64,000 bases of DNA. Origin: Octopus vulgaris (lineage: Eukaryota). Below, one piece after another: positions 13,411 to 27,335 of this stretch. The position numbers and the translations under genes were made by a program. Where the stretch lies: assembly GCA_951406725.2 (NCBI GenBank), contig OX597815.1:72850001-72914000 (forward strand), read 5' to 3'. How positions within the stretch are numbered: the first letter of the stretch is position 1; every line of letters begins with the position of its first letter. The notes under the pieces are model-generated. The model had not been told where the DNA came from. It made no database searches and saw nothing but the letters and a program-made list of their open reading frames with translations.

Positions 13411-14349
13411 GGTTAAATAAGTAAAAAAAATAATAAATAAATAAAGCACAGAACTAACCAATATTTCTACTGCACTATGTGCACTAAACATAAATTATGA
13501 GTCAAGATGTAATGTACCACTGCTTACTTTAAAAACGAAAACAACAAAACTGTAAATCTAACTGGCTTGGTGCAACAACATTATTATAACAACTAACTAC
13601 AGACTAAAGCAGCTATAGTAGAAAAAAGAAAATAATAATGATGATAATAATAATAATAATAATAAAAGCAAAATAAAAATCGACGAATGTGTCTAGTTTA
13701 AGTACGGTACATAATAGATTTTTCACTTCATTGTTTCATTGATCTGAGGGCATTGATTTGATGATGCCGCCTGCTTTTCATGTTAAACACAAGTGAGATG
13801 ATATTTCCAATGACTAACACATGAAATCAGTACATCTGTTGCTTAGAACCAAACAGAGGGAGAGGGGAGAAAAAAAAAAGAAAATATATGTGTATAAAAA
13901 GTAAATAAATAAATAAATTCAAATCCTTGCCTCTTTTCAAAATTGCTTAACTATTATAACTACATCTATCACTTGCTGCTTACAAATATTGCTTAACTAT
14001 ACTTAATATCCTCTTGAATTTTATTGGTTATATTGCAAATGACTCACAATGAACAAAAACAATAACAAAAAACAAAATGATAAAAAATCAATCAGGAAAA
14101 ATATATTTTAAGTTCAATCAATATAACAGAGAATTATTTTCATCATCAAAGAGAAATTTCATATAAAAGGTTTATTTTCTGATTAAAAAGAAAAAAAAAA
14201 CAAGGAAAGAAATAATTCAACTATATAGGGGAAATCCGAAAGAGAAAAAAATTCTTGAATCTCAGTGAGTTATTTACCCAAAGGCAGAAGAAATTTCCTG
14301 CCTGCTGGCAGTCTCCCAATATTTGGAATACCACCATTTTCACCAGCCC

Positions 14350-14615
14350 TACTTAGTCAAGGGGATTTTTTTTCCTTCTCCTGTTCTTTCATCTCGCAAG
14401 TTACTTGGTAACTTCACTAGTGCTGGTGGTATGAAAAAACTACACCCAATACACAGTGTAAAGTGGTTGACATTCAGTAGAGCATCCAGCCATAGAAGCC
14501 ATGCCAAAGCTGACTGACATTCGATCCTGACACAGCCCTGCAGTTTGCCAGTTCCAATCAAACCATCTAACCCATGCCAGCATGGAAAAAACTGACGTTA
14601 ATTAATGATCGTGAT
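14350..14615 (+). mobile_element. Family-C SINE ((GAT)n tail)
   Basis: agtggttgacattcagtagagcatccagccatagaa...aacccatgccagcatggaaaa..gacgttaa. Confidence 0.8.
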
Positions 14616-16444
14616 CATATCAGTCAGCCTTTACACCAACATCATTGATTTAATATTGACCATTCAAGCATAGAAAAATCAAACAATATTTGAGGAGGTA
14701 GGTTTTATACATCTGAATGCTCTTCCCTGCGCAAATCTTTGTTTCTAAACAAGATAAATATTTCCTTTAGACCTTTGAACGAACAAACAGCACAACAATC
14801 AGATATGGTTTCATAGAAAACTGCAAATAAGAGACTGATTGCATGACGGTGACATTTCTTTACAACGAACATACAATGTCAAGAAGACAGACACAAACTC
14901 ATTCACATGCACACGTACATACATTTATATATATAACATACATATTTGATGGGCTTCTTTCAAATTTCATCTACCAAACCCACTCACAAAGCTTTGGTCG
15001 TGGCTAGGGGTAGGCAATAGGGAAAACATTAGCCTAAAGTGCCATGCATTGGGACTGAAACCCAAACCAAATAGCTGTGAAATGAACTTCATAACCCTAC
15101 AGCTATGCTTACACCTATCCATGCCAGCTTAATACCAAATACAGAAAAAGTTGTAGACCAAGTTAAATAAATACATGGCTGTAAAAGTCTAACCTCAACT
15201 ATGATACTTAAAGTCTGATTATTCAACAGAAGCTAATATTATGTTCATCTTATATATGAAGGCTCTTCTTAGGGCAACTGATTTTGATAGTTGAATAAGC
15301 AGGCCGACTTTATTTTTTCTCGTTTGTTTTAATGCCTGTTTTTTCCATGCTAGTAAAGGTTAAGCTAAGAACTTTTTCAAGCAGGATTTTACAGCTGGAT
15401 TCTCTTTTTGTTGCCAACCCTTACTTGTTATTCAAGTAACGTGTTATTATTTTGTTCCACCCAGGTCTTCAAAAGCACAGAGTTATTGGTCATAATGTCA
15501 AAAAAGAATATTAACATCTTGTCACTGTTTCACTCAGTTAGTGACAACAGTGGAATATAAAAACACACGGATATACATATGTATGTGTGGTAAGATGTCC
15601 CAATTACAAGGTTTTGAGTTCAACTCCATTGTATGGCACCTTAGCCAATTGTCTTCTGCAAGTGAATTTAGTAGACAGAAACTGAAAGAAGCCTGTCCTG
15701 TATTTATATATATATGTATATATGTGTATGTTCTTGCTTTCAGTTGTGAGTGTCACTTAACATCTGGTCATGGGGAAATATCTTACTTGGAAACAGATGA
15801 GGGTTGGCAATAGGAAGTGCATCCAGCTGTAGAAAATCCACCCTTAATAAAACTTTTCTCCAATCCATGCAAGCAGGGAAAAGATGAACACTAAATGATG
15901 ATGTGTTACATGCTACCCGCTAAGGTAATTATTACTCAGTTTAATAAATCTAGTTAATGGTACTGCACTGATTTATCTTTTGTCTAACGCAGAAAATGGA
16001 ACATTAGTTGCCTTTGGCAGAGTCTCTGGCTTGAAGATACCTACCTCCCTCCCTCCATCCTATCAGTATTGGAAGCCTTGTAAAGAGTCATGAGTACCCT
16101 TTTCCCTGCTGATTATTAGATTAAAAATAAGCAAAAAACTTTTTCATGTGGTGGTTGTTGCTTAGCCCCACCTTCATCAGACTTATGATCAAAGACATTC
16201 CAGTCATGACCATCCAGTTTTTTCAGGCATGGCTTATATCAGACTACATATAAATTTATCAACTGCTATTTCCAGTAAACATTGATGCCTTGTTGTACCA
16301 CTACTCCCTCTCTCTCTATCTCTGTATGTATATATATATGCATATATGGGTACAGGACGTCACCAACTGTGTATACCTTCAGTATTCGAGTACTATTTTT
16401 TTCCCACTCTGTTTTGCATTTATGTGCTTACATGTGTATGTATG

Positions 16445-16780
16445 TGGCCTGTATGGTAAGTAGCTCGCTCAGCAACCACATGGTTCAGGGTTCAGTCCCA
16501 CTGCATGGCACCTTGGGCAAGTGTCTTCTACTATAGCCTCAGGCTGACCAAAGCCTTGTGAGTGGATTTGGTAGACGGAAACTGAAAGAAGCCCATCGTG
16601 TATATATATGTGTGTGTGTATGTTTGTCTACTCCAACAACTGATGCTGATGTGTTTACATCCCCATAACGAAGCAGTTTGGCAAAAGGGACCTGCAAAGA
16701 ATAAGTCTTAGGGTTGATTTACTCGACTAAAGGCAGTATTCCAGCATGGCCACAGTCAAGTGACTGAAACAAAAGAAAAA
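16445..16780 (+). mobile_element. Near full-length family-B SINE (tRNA head, CORE-like ccttgggcaagtgtc)
   Basis: tggcctgtatggtaag head, gggttcagtcccactgcatggcaccttgggcaagtgtcttctactatagcc, tail cagcatggccacagtcaagtgactgaaac. Confidence 0.88.
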
Positions 16781-17246
16781 AGTATATATATATATATATA
16801 TATATGCCTTTGTCCCCTCTTTTATTTTGTTTATTTTATTAGAAAACTAGAAATGATTTGAGAAGAGACATACCCACTCTTTCTGACTGAGCGACCAACA
16901 TATACTTTCCCCATTGGCTTCAAATCAGTCTTGTTAATTTCATAGGAACTTGTTGACCCTAAAAGTTACCGTTAGTGCAGAATAATTAGGATATACAACA
17001 ATGTAGCAGCAATGAGGGAGGCATCCAGTTTGACTTTCTAGTTTGTCTGGGCTCTCTGTGCTGCCCTGTCATTAAATATTTCACAAAGATTTCATGTTCG
17101 ACATAGGTGCAATGGCTTTTCTAAATTTTTATAAATATCTTTCTTTTATCTCTTTTGACTTGTTTCAGTCATTAGACTGCAGCCATGCTGGGGCACCCAC
17201 CTTGAGTCTGCTGCCCTAACCACTGGGCCATTGCGCCTCCACAGCA

Positions 17247-17719
17247 ATAATAATAATAATCCTTTCTACTATAGGCACAAGGCCTGAAATTTTGTGGGAG
17301 GGGGCTAGTTGATTACATTGACCCCAGTATTTCACTGGTACTTATTTTATCGAGCCCCAAAAGGATGAAAGACAGTGGAATTTGAACTAAGAAAATAAAG
17401 ACGGACAAAATACTGCTAATCATTTCTATAATAGGCACAAGGCCTATAAAGAGCTGGAGGAAGTGTTGCTAAGCATTTTGTCTAAAATGCTAATGATTCA
17501 GCCAGCTCAACTCTTTAATGATAATAACGATTCTTTCAAATTTTGGCAAAAGGCCAGTAATATTAGCAGGAGTGTGTTTTTCAATTACATTGACCTCAAA
17601 AGGATGAAAGGTAGAGCCTGACCTCAGTGATATTTGAACACTGCACATAAAGAGCTGGTGGAAAACACTGCTAAGCATTTTGTCCGACATGCTAATGATT
17701 CTGCCAGCTCGCCACTACC

Positions 17720-17755
<36 letters not shown>

Positions 17756-18980
17756 GTAATAATATTTACTGAGTGTATAATAACAATAATAATTATATCA
17801 TATAACAATCTGACTTTCATGAAAGGTTTCCTGGAAATACAATGTAAAGTAAATACTTTATTAATAAGTGGTTGTAGCGTGTGAATTTCTTTCATTTGCT
17901 CTACAAGAGAGTGGGGCAGGGTTGGGAGCTGAAACTAAATAATTTTTCTTTTTATGTTTTGGTCATTGGACTGTGACCATGCTGGGGCACTCTATCTTGA
18001 AGGGGCTTAGTTGAACAAATTGACCTCAGTACTTATGTTTTTGGCTTGTTATTTTTAAGTCTAGTATGTCATCAGTGTCCTTTGCTGAACTGCTAAATTA
18101 CAGGGACATAAACAAACCAACATCTGTTGCAAAATGGAAGTGGAGGAGGCAGAGAGACAAACAATTCACTGCAGCTCTTTACTCTGCATCCTTCAACCAA
18201 ATTCACTCACAACTTATTGGTCAGGCTGGGGCTAGAAAAGGACACTCGCTCAAGGCGCCACACCGTGGGAATGAACCCAAGACTATGTGAACTGATTTCC
18301 TACACAACCATGCCCGTGCCTATATATTTAAATCGACACTACTATTTCTGCCCTTACATCACCTAACAATGGTTTCTGATCTCAGCACATGGTAATTTTG
18401 AAGGGTGGGGCTAGTTGATTCCATTAACCCCCAGTACTTGATAGATACTTTATTTCATTGGCCCTTGAAGGATGCAAGACAAAATCAACCCTGACAGAAT
18501 CTGAAGACAGAATGTAGTACAGCAAAGAATTTCTTCCAATGATCTAACAATTCTGCCAGTTCATTACTTTCTAATAATTCTTGCTTCTATAAGCAAAAAG
18601 TCCTGAAATTTGGGGAGACAGGGATAAGTTGATTGCATCAACCCCAGTGCTCAACTGGTGCTTATTTTATCAATCCTACACCTAACCAAAAGGATGAAAG
18701 CCAAAGTTGACTTGGGTGGAATTTGATCTCAGAACATAGAGTCAACAGAAATGCTGTAACAATTGTCAAGCTCACAACCTAATAATGGTTTCAAATTTTG
18801 GTGCAAGGTCAGCAAGTTGGTGATGGTGGGGGGAATAAGTTGATTATATCAACCCCAGTGTTCAACTGGTACTCATTTTATTGACCCCCAAAAGGATGAA
18901 AGGTAAAGTCCACCTCGACTGAATCGAATCTGAACTGAGAACGTGAAGACGGATGGGTGAAATATGGCTAAGCATTTTCC
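17247..18980 (-). mobile_element. Cluster of minus-strand family-A SINE arrays with one family-B copy (about 17950-18320)
   Basis: Repeated cctttctactataggcacaaggcctgaaattt / aaggatgaaagg / tgctaagcatttt motifs. Confidence 0.8.
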
Positions 18981-19213
18981 AACATGGTGGAACTGAACCT
19001 GAAACCATGGAAGGGGGTTGGGAAGCAAACTTCCTAACCACACAGCCATGCCTGTGCCTACACACAGACACACACACAAACAGATGTGTACATACATGTA
19101 CATTCATCTGCACACTCAAAGGGATTGTACTTCATTCTTTTCAGTTTTTTTTTTCTTTTTTGAAAGATCAGTTGAAAAGTGAGTAGGGGTTACTTGTACT
19201 TTTTTCATGTCAT

Positions 19214-19244
<31 letters not shown>

Positions 19245-19264
19245 CACACACACACGGATACATA

Positions 19265-19299
<35 letters not shown>

Positions 19300-19359
19300 T
19301 CAATGTTGATGAGTCAGTCATGAATACATAATTCACACACACTCTAGATATAATCGCTG

Positions 19360-19565
19360 AAAGAAATCAAAGGAATGTATCTCGCCGGCTGTGTGTTGTC
19401 AGGATTTTAACAGGTTTTTTTCATCTTTGCTTTGTATTTTTTTTTTTACATAAGCAGTCTGCTCACTCTCACAGTAGTCATTAGCATATCACAAAACGTT
19501 TTTTTTTTCCAGCTAATTGACTTGTTACAATGCCGCCTGCCTGCACTTGCTCTGAACAAAGGTGC
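19360..19565. promoter_or_regulatory. Candidate enhancer with TCF-like and helper-like sites
   Basis: ATCAAAGG 19366-19373, GCCGGC 19384-19389, GCCGCC 19532-19537, GAACAAAGG 19554-19562; CpGs retained in unique DNA. Confidence 0.4.
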
Positions 19566-19599
19566 AATGGTTCAATCCCTATTACATGACTCTTGGTCC

Positions 19600-20036
19600 C
19601 CCGAGTCCTAGCACTCATAGAGCTGGTTTCCTGATTTCCTTGGTGTATAACTGACCGAGATCACAACATTTGCCCCCACCCCAACTAAATGGGGCACCAG
19701 TCTGTTGCAGGGCTATTCATTTATGGCTGAGTGGACTGGGGTAATGTGAATTTAAAGTGTTTTGCTCAAAAACACAATGCACCACCTGGTCCAGGAGTCA
19801 AACCCAGGAACTTGCAATCATGAGTGCAACACATTAATTGCTAGGTCACATGCCTTTACATGACATGCATAATAATGCTTAATTCTCTTTGACCTTATAC
19901 ATCGAGCATGGAGAGGGGAGGCTGATATGCATGTGTGACTGCTGATCTTCCATAAACTACCTTTCTCGGACTAGTGCCTCGGAGGGTAACTTTTTAGGTG
20001 CAATCCCATGATCATTCATGACCAAAGGGGTCACCC
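19600..20036. mobile_element. Family-E SINE fragments in both orientations
   Basis: gagtggactgg...tttgctcaaaaacacaa on minus; ggagaggggaggctgatatgcatg...gcaatcccatgatcattcatgacc on plus. Confidence 0.7.
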
Positions 20037-20939
20037 AAAGGAGATATTTTAGATACTGTATTACATACTGTTGTACTGATGACTGATTGACTCTGAAAGG
20101 ATGCAAGACAAAGTTGACCCTGATAGAATTTGAAGACAGAGTATAATATATAAGCATGTCTTCCACTGACCTAACACTTCTGCTTGCTCTTTAATTTCTA
20201 ATAATTCTTTCTACTATAGGCACAAGTCCTGAATTTTGTGGGGAATGAGGTAAGTTGATCACACCAACCCTAGCACTCAACTCATGCCTATTTTATCAAT
20301 CCTGCACCCCATAGTGGGGCCCTGGTTTGGATGAGGAGGATGAAACCTCTTAGTTACTATTGTTTCCAGGGCAACTCTGACACAGGTAATAACACCTATC
20401 AGGATCCCAGCAATGGGCTAATTAGCATGTCATGGAATTGCTTCCTAGAAAAAGGTCACTCACAGATAACCCAAAGGACCCAGAGTAGATGAGGCCCCTT
20501 AGCTGCTTAGATTTAGCTCTTTAGCTACTGATCATCTAAGAGAAGGGAACTCCATACAATTTCTACATCCTGATAACTACTGGGTTCATACCACTTGTTA
20601 CACCAGACCAATACATGTTTGAAGAAGAGAGTAGGAATGGCTCAGCACAAATAATACCCACTATAAGATTATGCATCTGGTAGGTTGTTCAGCAAACCAA
20701 GACACCACAATGTTGAGTTGAAATTCTCCCACCAGCCAAAACTCGTAATAGATCTCTGTTCCTAAATCCATGTGTAATGTCACTTAACTATTGAATATTG
20801 TGAAAGCTGGGACCAGTTCCAGTAAACAACTCTTACAAAGGGGTTGATGAACACCTCTTATTCTTCAAGAGCAGGGTTGTGTCTGAATCCCTGAAGATGA
20901 GCACCACCTAAAACAGTTTTAGTTGAACAAATCAACCGT

Positions 20940-22128
20940 CTAGTGGTTAGGCTGTTGCACTCACAATTGCTGACAGGGTGGCACATTGTGTTTTGAACAA
21001 AACACTTTATTTCACATTGCTTCAGTCCCCCTTTGATTGGGGGTGGGGGAATGTTGGCCTGCTTACCTAACCAATGGGGTGGTGTCATTTGAAGGCTAAA
21101 ACAATGCAAAAGCACATTGTGACCAGCGATGTGTAACAATATCTGATAGCCTGGTTGGTCACATAATATATACATGAACCTTGTACTTATTCTATAAGTC
21201 TCTTTTGCCTAACTGCTAAGTTACGGGAAGATAACTGAACCAACACCTGTTGTCAAGTGGTGGGTGTGACAGACAGACAGAAAGGCTTACACACACATAC
21301 AAACCGGGCTTCTTTCTGTTTCTGTCAACCAAATCTTCTCACAACGCTTTGGTCAGCCTGGGGCTATAGAAGACACTTGGCCAAGATGCCACATAGTGGG
21401 ACTGAACCCAAAATGAAGTTGTTTGGAAGCAAACTTCTTAACCACATAGCTATGTCTGCATCTACCTTCATCAAAATTATATTTTTTCCATTTCTTTTTC
21501 TCTCTCTCTCTCTCTCTCTCTATTTTCATTGTGACACCAATGTTCTGGAAGATAGTCAAAGCTGAAAAACATCAATTTTTCTTTGTATGGCTAATTCCAA
21601 AGAACCAGTATTTGTTACAGCTGTAAATCATGCTGTCTTCATTTTTAAATCACTTCATACAATAACCAATTATTGTAAACTAGAGTTTTGTAATGTAATA
21701 TCTTTGATAGTCAAATAAAATCTCACTCTCTCTCTCTATATATATCATCATTTAGCATGTTTACCATGCTGGCATGGGTTAGACAGTTTAACTGGAACTG
21801 GTAAGCTGTTCCAGACTCCAGTCTGATTTCGGATTGGTTTCTACAGCTGGATGCCCTTCATATATATGTGTGTGTGTGTGTGTGTGTGAAGGTATGTGGC
21901 CCAGTGGTTAGGCTGTTGCACTTACAATTGCTAGATTGTGGGGTCAATTCCCTGATTGGGTGATGCGTTGTATTCTTGGGCAAAACACTTCATTTCACGT
22001 TGCTCCAGTCCCCCTTTTAATCAGGTGAGATTTTCCCCCTAGCCAGTGGGGTGGTGTCATTTGAACGCTAAAACAATGCAAAACACATTGTGACCAGCAA
22101 TGTGTAACAACATCTGAGAGCCTGGTGC
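20940..22128. mobile_element. Two family-E-type SINEs (about 20940-21165 and 21887-22128, +) with intervening family-B and family-C copies (-)
   Basis: Shared agtggttaggctgttgcact..acaattgct..ggtgtcatttgaa..ctaaaacaatgcaaaa..cacattgtgaccagc. Confidence 0.75.
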
Positions 22129-22360
22129 GATTCCTAATTGCTCCTTATTAATTCAGTACTGGAATTTTAATGTTTTACACTGTTTCTTTAACAAGCTTTT
22201 TATTCCCTTCTCTGCATACAGGTCATTATTTAAAAATAAGAAAAAAAAAAATGTTATTAAAAAGAGAAATGTTTAGCACCCCCATAGCCACCCACCTCAA
22301 TGTGATTAGGCTAAAGGTGTTTTAGTCTTAACCATCTTGTTTTTTCTTTTTCTTTTTCAG

Positions 22361-22417
22361 GCGAAGCAGACAGCTGAGAACATTGATATTAGTATGATCA
22401 AGTTAGATCTTGAATGA
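22361..22417 (+). other. Candidate exon after a strong 3' splice site (possible short terminal coding part AKQTAENIDISMIKLDLE*)
   Basis: Branch-like tcttaac, then a tttttcttttctttttcag-type tract ending at 22360; unique sequence; open in phase 0 to TGA at 22415-22417. Confidence 0.35.
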
Positions 22418-23675
22418 ATATCTGGTCTTTGAGTGTATGGGGCCTGCAGGCTGCTAGAGCTGCAATTTGAACTGAAAACAGTTATACAGTGTTCTTAATC
22501 CTGTGTCTATTACTGAAAATTGTGTATTTGCCAGGAGGACAACAGTACAGTACCAATGTGATGTGAATCATAAACCTTTTGTTCAACAGATCCAGTACCC
22601 TAATGATCTGTAAAGCCCTAATTTCTTATGTTATGAGGTTGGTGAGATAAACCTTCCATTTGGAGAGGATGCAAGTTTAAGATCTCTTATAACAGCTGGA
22701 GCAATATTGAGTAAAGTACTCCTTCATGCCACCCTGAAGAGAATTTGAACTTGTAACCTATTCACTTGCAACATCTCACCTCTAACCCTAATGACTCGGC
22801 AAGATAGAAGACTACGACAGTTACATTATCTTTGATCTTCCACTCAATAGAAATAATCCAAGATTCAACGACGTGATTTCACCAGCTGCGAGTCTCTTCA
22901 AAGAAAATAGATTCTTCAAATAAATATATAAATTTATACAATGCTTTCGTTTTATTAAAAATTTCTTTAGTAAAAAAAAAAAAAAAAGCATGTTTAAACA
23001 ATTAACAACTAGATTTTTCATACTTCAGTTTCAAAAAGAGAAAAAAAACTGGTTTTCAATTTTATTCTTTTTATCTTTTACTTCGCCGTTTATATTTGAT
23101 ATAAATTTTACATTAACAGTTTCAGTGCAAGTTCTTAGAGTAAAATGTTTTAAAAATCTTTTATTTTTTTTAACAGTCATGCTAATTGTTTAAGTGAAGG
23201 ACGTCTTGTAAGCTGGGTTGTGTGCTGAGATCAAGCACAATTTCACCAGATTAAAAAAATTACAATGAGATGAAAAAATTCTAAATAATCCTAAATTCTC
23301 AAGTATATTTCTCATGTTTGTTATATTTTATACCTCATTACTTGCTATTTATGGGGCAACACAGTTCCCCACCCTTGCTTCTAAAATATAGGGTCGTGTA
23401 GCTCCTTGTTAGCAAAAAACCTGCTTTGCTCTGGTCCTTTTTCTTTCATACACTATCTTTGTCTACTCATTCTTTTAGCATAAATTTCCTCCTCCTCACT
23501 GTTCTGGTGGCATGAAAAATAAAAAGACATCAAATAGATGCTATAAAATGGTTAGCATAAGGAAGAGCATCCAACCATAGAAACCATACCAAACAGACAC
23601 TGGAGCATGATGTAGTCCTATGCACTCATCAGATCCTCTCAAACTGTCCAACCATATCAGCAAGACAAATGGACA

Positions 23676-23903
23676 TTAACCCTTCAGCAGTTAAACCAGC
23701 CAAGATATTCTATCTGTTTTAGGTTCAAACTAGCCAGATCCTGTCTTGCTAGTTGGGCATTCTAAAAATTACAATGTCATTCTAAAAATAAACCACCAGA
23801 TCATCAAAATCACAAAGTTACAAGATAATGCATGAATAAATCTAAACAGCGTAAATAAATAAGCATCACATTAGGTGGAGTAATCTGGATGCCAGAGGGT
23901 TAA
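23676..23903 (-). mobile_element. piggyBac-type MITE (TTAA TSD)
   Basis: ttaa-cccttcagca ... tgccagaggg-ttaa; internal sequence is the reverse complement of 37114-37341. Confidence 0.8.
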
Positions 23904-24640
23904 ATAACAATCATGGTGATGATGATCAAATTCATGCTGTGAATGGTCAAAAGATATTATCACTATTTTGAATAACTTAGAATAAGGCAAAGCAACATTG
24001 CTGATCTTTGCAAAACATCTGAGACCAGAAAAGGAAGCAACATAGTAAGATCTCATCCAAGTGCTTGTGGCAGAACAGATTCTGCTATAGGACCCAGAGG
24101 GATCAAACCAAGTGGTGGGGTTAAAGTTAAATTGGGTGATATATTTGGTCTATCATTTATTATATCATCATCATCCTCATCAACATATATGTTGCAGTAA
24201 ATAAAATAAAATAAAAAAGGTTCAGTTATGATTTGCTATTAAGTATGGCCTGGTAGCATGTACCATGCTGTTACTAATTGTTTTAGGTGTGTGTGTAGTC
24301 TCAATAAAACATACACGCCAATCAGTCCTCCAATCTTTGTCCCAATAAAATATCAAGGATGTGACAGCTGGGAGGAGAGAGAGAGGGGAGGGGCTACACT
24401 AGCACTCAGGTGGTAGTCATTTATAACTCAGTAATCTGGAACAAAGTAGGGTGATGTGCCTTGTGCAATGACATAAACACGTCTGACCAAGAAATTGAAC
24501 CAACATTCTTACGGTCATGAGCCCAGCACTCAGACCACTGATTACATCAATGTAACTAAATACTGTATTTGATGGCATATACAACATTTCCTTTTCCTCA
24601 ATGTCTCCAAAAAAAAAAATCACCAAGTCCTATACACAAA

Positions 24641-25690
24641 GTTCTTTTTAGGTGCCATGTCCAGAATGTAGGTCATAGGCAATCATGTCCTTCCACAATT
24701 CTGTTCTTTATTTTCTGTAATAGTTCCACTTCCTGATGTTTAATACATCTTTCGTTCAATCAGTTTGCCAAGTTTGACAACCATATCATCTTTCTCCTTC
24801 CTCTACTTCTTTTCCCTTACAACTTTCTTGTCATCAGTAAATTCTCCAGGCCCTCTTTCCTTATTACACAACCAAGAAATCTCACTTGTTTTAGTCCTTA
24901 TCTCATGAAGCAGTTTCCTAATTACCACAGCCCGGGTCATCACTTCATTAGACACTTTGTTCATGCTGTCTTCAATATTCTCCTTAAGAACCACATTTCA
25001 CAGAGCTCTGTGTACCTTTTCATTTCTGATATTATAGACCATGCCTCATTTTCATACATTAACACAGGGTAGACAAAGCAGTACAATATACGGATCCTAG
25101 TGTTGATGCTCAGAGTACAGTTTTTCGAGATGTTATATAATTTTGAGAATGCAGATTTTACCAGCACAATTCATCTTTTGATCTCCTTCACTCATCTTGT
25201 GATCAAAGTTCCAAGGTAGTTAATTGATGATAGCTGCTTAATGATTTGACTGTTCATTTTCAGCATACACTTTGGGCTTCTTTTCTTTATCGCCATCACA
25301 CTCTGTCTTCTTGCAACTATGAACAGACCCTTCCTTTTACTTTCTCTGGCCACTACATCCAGAAATCTATGAAGTTATTTTTCCAATTAAGTAAGACTAT
25401 GTTTGTGATGTTTCTGCCTCCTATTATAAGACCTCTTTCCTTCTCCATTTCGCTTATGATCAATTCACTATAGTAATTGAAGAGATCTGGTGGCATAACA
25501 CATCCTTGTCTAACCCCGCTCCTGGTGCTAGTGTATTCACTGCATTCTCCATCCACCTTTATGCACTTTGATTGGCTCCAGTACAGGCTCTGCAAGATTC
25601 GGAAGTCTTTCCCATGCAGATCAAGGTTACTTAGTTCAAAGGAGTAAAATTCTCAGAATGATCTTGGTAACGTGACTCATGAGACTAATC
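24641..25690 (-). mobile_element. Decayed RTE-clade LINE reverse-transcriptase region
   Basis: Minus-strand frames give ISLMSHVTKIILRI, SGVRQGCVMPPDLFNYYSE, YCFVYPVLMYENEAW, EMWFLRRILK with frameshifts and stops; ggcacctaaaaagaa tail. Confidence 0.9.
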
Positions 25691-26206
25691 ATTGGGTGTC
25701 CCGTAAGCTTTAATGTACAAAAAAACCTTGTCTCCTGTTTTTTATGCCATCAAATATGGTATGTCTTGTCTTGTAATGGCATTAATTTGGGAGGAGTTAA
25801 ACCAGCTCCTATTGAGTTCACCATTGAGTGAAGGAGGCCTATACATATCTGTTGGCAGCTGATTCTGAAGTGTATTGAAGCCATTCCTGCTTCCACAGAT
25901 AAATACCGAAGACTCGAGGACTGGAAATGAGGTCCATATCTTTGTTGTGAGTCATGTCTTCAGCAGACTACTTCTCCACTTACACCAACCCAGGGGAGGA
26001 TCTAGTGCTATTGCATTCTGAATAAGTGCATCATGGGGGTGTCACAATACATGACCAAACCACCATAGTCTCTTCATCGGAAGAGTTATCTCAAGGTGAG
26101 AGACCACAGCATATGTGTGTGTGTGTATGGATCAAACTGTCTGAATCCATACATGTAAATCCCAATAAATTGGTCGAGTGCCCTTCTTTTGTTTGTCCAC
26201 TCACTC

Positions 26207-26242
<36 letters not shown>

Positions 26243-26800
26243 CTTGGTGATCTCATTGGCCCCATTGCCACATATGAAGCATCCAGGAGACACTGTAAAG
26301 TGATTGGCATTAGGAAGAGCGTCCAACTGAAGAATCCAGGCCAAAGCAGACACAAACCCTGGTGGAGTCCTCTGGCTTGTCTATCTCTGTCAAGCTGACC
26401 AGCCCATACCAGCAAGGAAAAATGGACATTAAATGACAATGATGATATACCATATCTGATGGCATATAAAATCCATTTTTCTCCCCCAAAAAATCACTCC
26501 AGGTCCTTTTTTGATGTTTGACTTCCCATAAAGTTTAATGCACTAAAAACCTCTTTACCCTGAATATGAGCTGCTGAAACTGGGGCGTGTTTAATATGCC
26601 CATGCGCCTTTTATGCTATCAAATACAAGGAATGTTTGCAATATTTCAGTTACATTTTTCATGTTTAAGTTCAAATCTTTTCAGGTTACACTTTTACCTT
26701 TCATCTTATTCGTACTTATATCGGCATTCACCCGGGACCAGTTGGACCGTCTCCAAACCAGTAAATCCACAGCATTGTGAACCAAATGAACATCTGTGTT

Positions 26801-26818
26801 CACCAACCATGGTTGGTG
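26801..26818. repeat. Perfect 18-bp palindrome
   Basis: caccaaccatggttggtg is self-complementary, with imperfect extension to 26795-26824. Confidence 0.9.
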
Positions 26819-27040
26819 ATCACAAGTTGTTCGCAGACACCCGATGCAGAGATCTTCAATCAGTCACAATATCAACTCCCACAACCACCACCATACTCCC
26901 AAGATAATACATGCGATGTACGACGGAAACAATATATTTCGCATTTATATATCTTTTCTGGGATGGTGGTGGTGGGACATCAATCAATAAAATATGTTTA
27001 GCAGAAAAGAAACAAAAGACTTAAAAGGCTGTCTAGACTG

Positions 27041-27335
27041 TACAGTTCTATATTTAAGAGATGAGGAATTATTTACATTATTTACATTCGACGGATATTT
27101 GTCCTCATCTTATTTGTTGGTAACACAAGGTTTTGGCTGATATACCCTCCAGCTTTCTTCAGGTGTCTTGGGGAAATTTTGAACCTGGGTTCTCATTCCT
27201 AAGGTATTTTTTGATGTTGTTATTATTATTATTATTATTATTAACCACTACACCATATGCCTGAGGGTATATGACATAATGGTTAAGAGCGCGGGCTACT
27301 AACCCCAAGATTCCGAGTTCGATTCCAGGTAGCGA

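Noticed and set aside
25690-26100. Possible 5' UTR of the adjacent RTE element (similar GC-richer tract at 20310-20920)
   Set aside because: Composition is suggestive only. No diagnostic motif or TSD could be confirmed by eye.
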